A stretch of DNA of 64,000 nucleotides, taken from the IMG/VR virus record IMGVR_UViG_3300012039_000002, positions 64,001-128,000 of that record; one strand, given 5' to 3'. A model generated the notes under the pieces. It saw only the letters and a program-made list of their open reading frames with translations. It searched no databases and was not told where the DNA came from. The stretch is from a virus. The stretch's first letter is position 1. The number at the start of each line of letters is the position of its first letter. A program made the position numbers and the translations under genes. This document shows positions 38,409 to 47,200 of this stretch, one piece after another.

Positions 38409-38747
38409 ATGGCGTTTGAATACGAAAAGCAGCCCTGGGAAGAGGAAATAGTTGGCGTTGATTTTTCTCGGCGTGTGCCTGCTACAACTTCTATCACTGC
38501 ATACACAGTTGCAGTTGAAGAAACCATTTCTCCGCCGGGCTTTCAGGCTGGCAGCTATTCTCCCCACTTGAGTTGCGGCACACCAGCGCTGTCTGGTCCT
38601 GGCGTTGATCCTGCTAGACATAAAATACTCTCTTCGCTGCTTACGGGCGGCGTCAACAACTTCCAATACCGTGTAACATTTAGAGTGACCTTGTTAGATG
38701 GTCAGAAAAAGGAAGAGGATGTTCTCGTAACGGTTAAGGAGACTTAA
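38409..38747 (+). CDS. Fibre-tail adaptor-like small protein
   Basis: KQPWEEEIVGVDF...LTGG...YRVTFRVTLLDGQKKE pattern. Confidence 0.6.
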   Translation: MAFEYEKQPWEEEIVGVDFSRRVPATTSITAYTVAVEETISPPGFQAGSYSPHLSCGTPALSGPGVDPARHKILSSLLTGGVNNFQYRVTFRVTLLDGQKKEEDVLVTVKET

Positions 38748-38748
38748 T

Positions 38749-41700
38749 TTGGCCATAGTTTTTCAAAACAAGAACTTTGCTAAGTCTCTCGTTGCGACCC
38801 TTCTTGGTTCTGGCGGTCTAAGCATATCTGTCACTGCTGGCACGGGAGTAAGGTTCCCTCAAACTGGCTTGTTTAAGCTAGTTATTTGGGGCGCTGCGTA
38901 TTCGAATCCTTCCGACGATCCCAACAGAGAAATAGTTCACGCTACATTATCAGCAGCGGATACTTTCACTATCGTTAGAGCTCAAGAAGACACAGTTGCA
39001 GGCACTTGGGTCGTTGGCTCTAAAGTCGCACACACAATTACTGCTGGAAAAATAAAAGAAATAGAAGATGAAATCTCTGTCGGCGGATCTGGATACTCAG
39101 GCTTTTCTGGCTATTCTGGTGTTGCTGGAGGCACTGGAGTTGCGGGCGTTTCTGGCTATTCTGGCTCAGGTGTAAGTGGCTACTCTGGCTCAGGCGTAAG
39201 TGGCTATTCTGGCTCAGGAATAAGCGGATATTCTGGCGAAGGTACTTCAGGTTATTCAGGCGCGGTCGGTGATATTGGTTTTTCTGGTTATTCTGGTTTT
39301 AGCGGTGCTCTTGGATTTCCAGGCGGCCCTGGCTTATCAGGTATGTCAGGCTATTCCGGCTTTGGAATAAGTGGCTACTCTGGCTCTGGAGTGTCTGGTT
39401 ACAGCGGAGATGCTGGCGTATCGGGCTATTCTGGCAGTGACGCTCAAACGTCAGGCTATTCTGGTGCAAGTGGCTATTCTGGCAGCGATGCTCAAACGTC
39501 GGGTTATTCTGGTGCAAGTGGCTATTCTGGACCAATGGGTCCTGGCGGCGGAGATTCTGGTTATTCTGGTTATTCAGGTAGCGATGCTCAAACGTCTGGT
39601 TATTCAGGTTTTTCTGGTTATTCTGGTGTCGGTTTTTCTGGCTCTGACGGTTCGTCAGGCTATTCAGGCTACTCTGGCGTCGGAACGTCTGGCTATTCTG
39701 GCGTAGGTTTTTCTGGAGCAGATGGTACGTCTGGTTACTCTGGCTCTGGAATTTCTGGTTATTCCGGCTCTGGTGTCTCCGGTTACTCTGGTTCTGGCGT
39801 CTCCGGCTACTCTGGCTCTGGAACTTCAGGCTATAGTGGAATAAGCGGCTACTCTGGCTCTGGTGTTTCTGGCTACAGTGGAGCATCCGGCTACTCTGGC
39901 TCAGGCGTCAGTGGCTACTCTGGCTCAGGCGTCAGTGGCTACTCTGGTTCTGGCGTATCAGGTTACTCTGGCTATTCAGGAATTTCAGGTTACTCCGGCT
40001 ACTCTGGTTATTCTGGAGTTTCAGGATATTCTGGCATTTCTGGCTATTCAGGTTATTCAGGATATAGCGGAACGACGGGTACAGGATTCGACTACTATCT
40101 AAGAGATATAGCGTCTGATGTTAGCGGATATGGTGAATTAACTAGATCGACACCGTCAGAAGCTCAAAATGACGACTCTGTTACTACAACAAGTGGTGCT
40201 CTGATCGAGGCATATGCAACTGAATCAGGCGATCCAAATGTCACGTCTATTTCTCCAGGAAAGTGGGCTTTCCACTTCTGGGGCTGGGTTAACAACAACG
40301 CGGGTTTACAGACATTTGTTTACGATGTTTATAAGAGAGACGCGTCGGGTGTCGAAACACTTCTCTTCACAAAGAGCAGTGCATCAATTGAATCTACCGC
40401 TTCTGGCACACCGACCGAACTTCAAGACGATTATTTTGATGGCAGTGGATTCACGATTGCTAATACAGATCGACTAGTTCTAAAAGTAAATGGCTTTACT
40501 GATACGGGCACTAGAACAATCCATCTACTCCATTCAGGCCCGACATTTGCGTCTCACTTTTCAACGCCACTCACAGTGGGTATCTCTGGCAGTTCAGGTT
40601 TTAGTGGTTATAGTGGAATTGGAACATCTGGTTACTCTGGAGTTTCAGGCTACAGTGGCATAAGCGGCTATTCTGGAATATCTGGCTATAGCGGTTATTC
40701 AGGCTCGGGTGTTAGTGGCTATTCTGGCTCTGGCGTAAGCGGCTATTCGGGCTCGGGTGTTTCTGGCTATTCCGGATATTCAGGTTCTGGAGTAAGCGGT
40801 TATTCTGGTTCCGGAGTTTCTGGTTATTCTGGAACATCTGGCTATAGTGGCTATTCTGGCTCTGGCGTTAGTGGCTATTCTGGTGTCGATGGCGTTTCTG
40901 GCTACTCTGGTTCTGGAACCTCTGGTTACTCTGGTTTAGCGCCAGAAACAATTACTTATCTGCCAACATGGGTTTCAGGTATTTCAGGCAGTTATTCAGG
41001 CGGAAATCTTGCTTCAATACAGACTGCTTATGACGCCGATGACTACATTGTCTGGGAAGTATCAGGCGTCCCTGGATTCGTAGTCAATGTCGATTACTCA
41101 GGTGTAGCGGCTTTCAATAAGGTCCAGCTTAGAACTGGCTATACGAACCCTAATCACACTGTCTTAGTAGAAGCATACAACAGTGGTGATACCACATGGG
41201 ATTCACTGGGTTCTTTCAGAGGATTTGCTGGTGGTTATGCAACATTCTCTTATGACGTCATTACAGATGTTCCATACATCCAAGCTGGAGGCTACGTACA
41301 GACGAGGTTTTACCATCAGTCGACGGGTAATCCTGCTGATGAGTTCTTGCTTGACTACATGACATTACAACAGGCTACCGCCGGCCCTCAGGGTCCTGAA
41401 GGTCAGTCGGGAGTATCCGGATATAGTGGAGTTTCAGGTTATTCTGGAACGTCGGGATACTCTGGTTATTCAGGCGATAGTGGTTATTCAGGACATAGTG
41501 GAAGCGGTATTTCTGGCTATTCTGGTTCTGGAACATCTGGTTATTCTGGTGTCTCAGGCTATTCTGGCTATTCTGGTTATTCGGGAATTTCAGGCTACAG
41601 TGGTGCTTCGGGCTACTCTGGTTATTCGGGAATTTCAGGTTACTCTGGATCTTCTGGTTATTCAGGCGTAAGTGGTGAAAATTATCCATGGCAAGGTGCT

Positions 41701-43266
41701 TGGGCTTCTGGAACTGCTTATGTGCCGAATGATACAGTCGGCTATCTAGGCGCCGGTTATATCTCAATTCAAAGCGGTTCGGGCCAAACCCCAGTTCCTA
41801 CGAGCACGGCATACTGGGATTTGCTTACTGCTTCAGGCTATTCAGGAATGTCGGGCTATTCTGGTTACTCTGGCTCTGGAGTTTCTGGTTATTCTGGAAT
41901 TGGCACTTCTGGCTATTCGGGCATTTCAGGCGCCTCTGGCTATTCTGGAATTTCTGGCTACTCCGGTTATTCAGGTTCTGGTGTAAGCGGCTATTCTGGC
42001 GTCGGAACATCTGGTTATTCAGGAGATTCTGGTTATTCAGGAATTACATATCCTTGGGAAGGCGCATGGGTTTCAGGCACGCTTTATCAAGTAAATGACA
42101 CTGTAAGTTATCTTGGTGCAGGTTTCATTTCTATTCAAAGCGGAGTAGGACAGACGCCTGATCCTGCAGGCACTGCTTATTGGGATCTTGTTTCTAGCTC
42201 AGGCTATTCAGGAATTTCAGGATATTCTGGCGTTTCTGGTTATTCAGGAGCTTCAGGTTATAGTGGTTACTCTGGCTCTGGCGTAAGTGGCTATTCTGGC
42301 TCAGGTGTAAGCGGCTATTCTGGCGTCGGAACATCTGGCTACTCTGGCTATTCTGGAGTATCTGGTTACTCTGGTTATTCAGGAATAAGTGGCTATAGTG
42401 GCTCAGGCGTATCGGGTTACTCTGGATATAGTGGCTATTCAGGTTCTGGTGTATCTGGCTATTCTGGCTCAGGTGTCTCTGGTTACAGCGGCTATTCAGG
42501 TTCTGGAATATCAGGTTACTCTGGTTCTGGAACATCTGGCTACTCTGGAGCCGGAACGTCTGGCTATTCTGGAGTAAGTGGCTATTCGGGTGTCTCTGGC
42601 TACTCTGGTTCAGGTGTAAGCGGTTACTCTGGTTCTGGTGTGTCGGGTTATAGTGGCTATTCTGGCGCAGGAACTTCAGGCTACTCTGGAGCTGGAACTT
42701 CCGGTTATTCTGGCTCTGGTGTTTCAGGTTACTCTGGCTATTCTGGCTCTGGCGTAAGCGGCTATTCTGGTGTTTCTGGTGCCGGAACGTCTGGCTATTC
42801 TGGTGGAACTGGTACCGATGGTACTTCTGGCTATTCTGGTGGAACTGGTACTGATGGTACGTCAGGTTACTCTGGATGGTCAGGCGCCGGAACGTCTGGC
42901 TACTCAGGATATTCTGGTCGTGCAGGTGTTAGAACTTACACATGGGTTATTGATACGCCTGTGGCAAGTAGTGCTCTTGCATCTGGAGTTCCTGGTCCGC
43001 GCCTTCGTGAAGCTCAGACCGCCACAAGAGTAGACGCATACACTCTAAACAACTCTGGATGGACGATCAACATTCAAGAGAGAAGTGCTATCGGTACTTC
43101 AGGTTCTAACCTCATTGCAAGCACTTACTTCCCAGCTGCTGGCGGTTCTGTGGCAAGCTTCTCAGATGCTGCTCTTGCTGCCGACAACTGGCTCTGGCTA
43201 CAGATAGTCGCTGTCTCTGGAACTCCAGGTCTTGGCGTTGTCACTCTAAGCACAACGGTACCATAA
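38749..43266 (+). CDS. Long SGYSG-repeat fibre protein (1505 aa) with inserted globular domains
   Basis: TTG start after AGGAG; repeat tracts alternate with six globular modules. Confidence 0.8.
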   Translation: MAIVFQNKNFAKSLVATLLGSGGLSISVTAGTGVRFPQTGLFKLVIWGAAYSNPSDDPNREIVHATLSAADTFTIVRAQEDTVAGTWVVGSKVAHTITAGKIKEIEDEISVGGSGYSGFSGYSGVAGGTGVAGVSGYSGSGVSGYSGSGVSGYSGSGISGYSGEGTSGYSGAVGDIGFSGYSGFSGALGFPGGPGLSGMSGYSGFGISGYSGSGVSGYSGDAGVSGYSGSDAQTSGYSGASGYSGSDAQTSGYSGASGYSGPMGPGGGDSGYSGYSGSDAQTSGYSGFSGYSGVGFSGSDGSSGYSGYSGVGTSGYSGVGFSGADGTSGYSGSGISGYSGSGVSGYSGSGVSGYSGSGTSGYSGISGYSGSGVSGYSGASGYSGSGVSGYSGSGVSGYSGSGVSGYSGYSGISGYSGYSGYSGVSGYSGISGYSGYSGYSGTTGTGFDYYLRDIASDVSGYGELTRSTPSEAQNDDSVTTTSGALIEAYATESGDPNVTSISPGKWAFHFWGWVNNNAGLQTFVYDVYKRDASGVETLLFTKSSASIESTASGTPTELQDDYFDGSGFTIANTDRLVLKVNGFTDTGTRTIHLLHSGPTFASHFSTPLTVGISGSSGFSGYSGIGTSGYSGVSGYSGISGYSGISGYSGYSGSGVSGYSGSGVSGYSGSGVSGYSGYSGSGVSGYSGSGVSGYSGTSGYSGYSGSGVSGYSGVDGVSGYSGSGTSGYSGLAPETITYLPTWVSGISGSYSGGNLASIQTAYDADDYIVWEVSGVPGFVVNVDYSGVAAFNKVQLRTGYTNPNHTVLVEAYNSGDTTWDSLGSFRGFAGGYATFSYDVITDVPYIQAGGYVQTRFYHQSTGNPADEFLLDYMTLQQATAGPQGPEGQSGVSGYSGVSGYSGTSGYSGYSGDSGYSGHSGSGISGYSGSGTSGYSGVSGYSGYSGYSGISGYSGASGYSGYSGISGYSGSSGYSGVSGENYPWQGAWASGTAYVPNDTVGYLGAGYISIQSGSGQTPVPTSTAYWDLLTASGYSGMSGYSGYSGSGVSGYSGIGTSGYSGISGASGYSGISGYSGYSGSGVSGYSGVGTSGYSGDSGYSGITYPWEGAWVSGTLYQVNDTVSYLGAGFISIQSGVGQTPDPAGTAYWDLVSSSGYSGISGYSGVSGYSGASGYSGYSGSGVSGYSGSGVSGYSGVGTSGYSGYSGVSGYSGYSGISGYSGSGVSGYSGYSGYSGSGVSGYSGSGVSGYSGYSGSGISGYSGSGTSGYSGAGTSGYSGVSGYSGVSGYSGSGVSGYSGSGVSGYSGYSGAGTSGYSGAGTSGYSGSGVSGYSGYSGSGVSGYSGVSGAGTSGYSGGTGTDGTSGYSGGTGTDGTSGYSGWSGAGTSGYSGYSGRAGVRTYTWVIDTPVASSALASGVPGPRLREAQTATRVDAYTLNNSGWTINIQERSAIGTSGSNLIASTYFPAAGGSVASFSDAALAADNWLWLQIVAVSGTPGLGVVTLSTTVP

Positions 43267-43267
43267 G

Positions 43268-44008
43268 ATGGGAATAACGCTAGTAGGTGCAAACTTTTCA
43301 AGTGGTACATCGAGTGGCACATTTACAACATCACTGACGGCTCTTACTAGCGGCATTGACACAGCTGCTAGAGCTGGAGACTTAGTTCTTGCTATCACAG
43401 CAGCTTCGAACAACGCCACAAGCGGTGCTGGTGTTTCGGGAGTGGCAGGAGTTGAATATACAACTCTATTTACGGGTTACGCGAATGATAACTTAGACTG
43501 TTCTTGCTCTGTTCGGTACAAATATTTGACAGCAGAAGATGCTACTTGTTTGCATTTCAGTAACGGTTTGCTAACTAGAGGCATGGTCGGAATTGCCACT
43601 GTTTGGAGAGGTGTAGACCCAGCGACTCCAATAAGTAATAGCGGCGCAGCTGCCAGCACAAATACTGGACGTGGAAATCCGCCGTCTGGAACAACGTGGG
43701 ATAATCAGCGCCCGGGCGGAATGACTGTAATTATCGGAGCAGGAACTGCTTTTTCAGGAACAGCTTTTGGCGGCCATCTTGTATTTCCTGCTGGCTTCAC
43801 AGGTATTGCTAGAGCTCGTCATAGTGGCACAGTTGTTTCAGGCGGTGTGAACGCTGCTATCGGATATAGACCTTGGTCGGGATATGGAATAGAAGATCCT
43901 GCAGCATTTACTAGCGGTTCTGTTTCAACTGCGGATTCTGCTCTCGGAATAATTGTCAGTCTCAACCCCTCTGTAAACGGCTGCATAATGGTAGCTGGAG
44001 AGATTTAG
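43268..44008 (+). CDS. Fibre-associated beta-rich protein
   Basis: AGDLVLA...VRYKY...WRGVDPATPI pattern; unusually rich in SG dipeptides. Confidence 0.55.
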   Translation: MGITLVGANFSSGTSSGTFTTSLTALTSGIDTAARAGDLVLAITAASNNATSGAGVSGVAGVEYTTLFTGYANDNLDCSCSVRYKYLTAEDATCLHFSNGLLTRGMVGIATVWRGVDPATPISNSGAAASTNTGRGNPPSGTTWDNQRPGGMTVIIGAGTAFSGTAFGGHLVFPAGFTGIARARHSGTVVSGGVNAAIGYRPWSGYGIEDPAAFTSGSVSTADSALGIIVSLNPSVNGCIMVAGEI

Positions 44009-44017
44009 GATAATGGA

Positions 44018-44284
44018 ATGTACGGAAACTATGAATATGGCTCTGTGCCCTATGGCGATTCATATGTAATAACCGTAACTATCGTCAGAGTAGGCGATAT
44101 TGATGTCATATTTACTTCAAACAGGCGATCGCTGCTCTTTATATCAGAAAACAAAGCCTCGTTGTTTTCTTCAATTGACCCTCACATGACTATTTTTAAA
44201 GTCTTGGCTAAAGACTTTCCATTCGTTTCTCCAAAGAAGCGGAACATATTCATCACTCAAGAAAAAATGGGACGATCACACTAA
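44018..44284 (+). CDS. Small structural protein
   Basis: MYGNYEYGSVPYG N-terminus; periodic F-x-S motifs like 58259. Confidence 0.45.
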   Translation: MYGNYEYGSVPYGDSYVITVTIVRVGDIDVIFTSNRRSLLFISENKASLFSSIDPHMTIFKVLAKDFPFVSPKKRNIFITQEKMGRSH

Positions 44285-47200
44285 ATGCAGCGCATATATA
44301 AGAGATTCCGCGAATTATTAGACGCTTCTCAGCCAGACGCTGGGAAGTTTTTGCGTTGGAGCACTAGCGGAACAATAGAAAATGCTGTGGGCGTTTCTGG
44401 CTATAGCGGCGATTCGGGCTACAGTGGTACGTCAGGAAAATCGGGATATTCCGGCTCTAGTGTATCGGGTTATTCTGGTAAGTCGGGCTACAGTGGTCGA
44501 AGTGGCTATTCGGGAATTTCCGGCTCAGGTGTTTCTGGCTATTCAGGCACTTCTGGCTATTCTGGTGCTCATGGTGTAATCGGTTTGTCGGGCACATCAG
44601 GATACTCGGGAAGATCAGGATCAGGAGTGTCTGGCTATTCAGGTTCTGGTACTTCTGGCTATAGTGGCTATTCCGGAGTTACTGGATCACAAGGCGCCTC
44701 AGGCAAGTCAGGCTATTCTGGTGCCGATGGAGTTAACGGAGCTTCAGGTCACTCTGGCTACTCAGGCAAGTCGGGTTATAGCGGCGCAGACGGGTCTATC
44801 GGTTATTCAGGTGAATCAGGCTATTCTGGCTTTTCTGGCTCCGGTGTTTCTGGTTTTTCTGGCTCCGGTGTTTCAGGCTATTCAGGAATTGGTACATCAG
44901 GATATTCTGGCTTAGATGCTCAGATGTCCGGCTATTCGGGTTATAGTGGTCTCAGCGGGGTTGGACTTGTCGGCCCTCCAGGCACTTCTGGTTATTCTGG
45001 AATTGGCACTTCTGGTTATTCTGGAATTGGAACTTCTGGTTATTCTGGAGTCTCAGGCTTAGGTGTGTCGGGTTATTCTGGAGTCTCTGGCTCTGGTGTG
45101 TCAGGCTACTCCGGCGTTGCGCCGTCGACTACGACATATCTTCCATCTTCAGTTTCAACAAACGTTGGGTCGTATGTATCAGGAACTTTGACGTCTATAC
45201 AGATATTTGGTGACAATGATGTTTATGAGGTAGATGAAGTTTCTGGAGTTCCCGGATTTGATATTCGCATTGATTTTTCTGGAGTATCCGGCTTTAATAA
45301 AGCGCAAATGAATATTTGGTACACGGGTGTTGCCAATCACATACCTAAAGTGCAAATCTATAACAACAACACAACAAGCTGGGATAGCATAGGTTCTCTA
45401 AACGACGATACAGAACTTCAATCGCACGAATTTGCTGTAATAAATAGTGTTCCGTACATATCAGCCGGCGCAGTTTCGACTAGAATTTATCACGAAACAT
45501 CTGGCATAATAACGCACGACATTTTAGTAGATTATTTTGTACTTCAAAATGCTATTGGCGGCGCTCAAGGCATCCCCGGCTTTATTGGTCCTTCTGGCTA
45601 TAGCGGCTCTAGTACCTCGGGTTACAGTGGACTCTCAGGTTATTCAGGACTTTCTGGTACTTCCGGTTCTGGTACGTCAGGTTATAGCGGTTTTGTAGGA
45701 GTACCAGGAGGCCAAGGAATATCTGGCTATTCTGGCATAAGTGGTTATTCCGGCATAAGTGGGACTTCTGGTTATTCCGGTATTGGAACATCCGGTTATT
45801 CTGGAATAAGTGGTTATAGCGGTTCAGGCGTTTCAGGCTATAGCGGAATTTCAGGCTCAGGCGTAAGCGGTTATTCTGGTTCCGGAGCTTCGGGTTACAG
45901 CGGCTATTCTGGTTTTGGAGTGTCGGGTTACAGTGGTTCAGGTGTAAGTGGCTATTCTGGTTCTGGTATTTCCGGTTATTCGGGTGACATAGGAACTTCG
46001 GGCTACTCAGGATTAAACGCTGATTCAGGATCGCCCGGCGTATCCGGCTACTCTGGCTATTCTGGTATTGGCACGTCGGGCTATTCTGGTATCGGTACAT
46101 CCGGGTATTCAGGCGATAGCGGTATTTCTGGCTACTCTGGTTCTGGTGTAAGTGGATACTCTGGTTATAGCGGCGTTTCAGGAATTTCTGGCTACTCTGG
46201 TGTGTCTGGTTCTGGTGTGTCTGGTTATTCTGGTTACTCTGGTTCTGGTGTGTCCGGTTACTCTGGTGTCTCTGGCTTTTCTGGTTACTCTGGTTCTGGT
46301 TATTCTGGTTATTCTGGTTATTCTGGTTACTCTGGTTCTGGTGTATCTGGTTATTCTGGTTACTCTGGTTCTGGCGTGTCTGGTTATAGTGGCTATTCTG
46401 GCTCCGGTGTAAGTGGCTATTCTGGTTCTGGCGTATCAGGTTATAGTGGCTATTCTGGTTCTGGCGTATCGGGTTATTCAGGACAAGACGGTGCGACGGG
46501 AAATTCTGGCGACTCTGGCTACAGTGGCGCCTCGGGATACTCTGGCCAGGATGGTATCATCGGCTTTAATGGCGACTCTGGCTACAGTGGCCTCTCAGGA
46601 TACTCTGGCTACAGCGGCTACTCTGGCTCAGGTGTAAGTGGTTATAGTGGCTATTCTGGCTACAGTGGCGTTTCAGGATATTCTGGTTATAGTGGCATTT
46701 CGGGCTACAGCGGCTCTGGCATTTCGGGCTACAGTGGCTCTGGCGTAAGTGGCTACAGCGGGCTCTCACCAGAAAATGTCACTTACTATGCTAGTGGCTT
46801 TGATGTGCTGACAGGAACTCTCACATCTGGGACTACTCTTTCTCTATCTGGCTTCAATGACGGTGACTTTGCTCATGTAGACGAAGTTGGAGGTGCTCCG
46901 GGATTTGACATTCGTATTGGCTTCTCTGGTGTCGACACTTTCAACGAAGTAATACTAAATGCTTTTTATCTTGGTAGTGCTGGTCACATAGTAAAAGTTG
47001 ACTTCTTCAATAATGCAACCTCTGGCTGGGATTCGTTTGGAACACTGAATGATGACATAGCTTTTCAGGTCCACGAGTTCCCAATCCCAGATGATACTGA
47101 TTATATTGCTACAGGTGGAGTGGTTGCTTCAAGAATATATCATTATTCTAATGGTCAAACGTCGCATGATTTTGACTTAGACTATTTTGTCATCCGAGAT

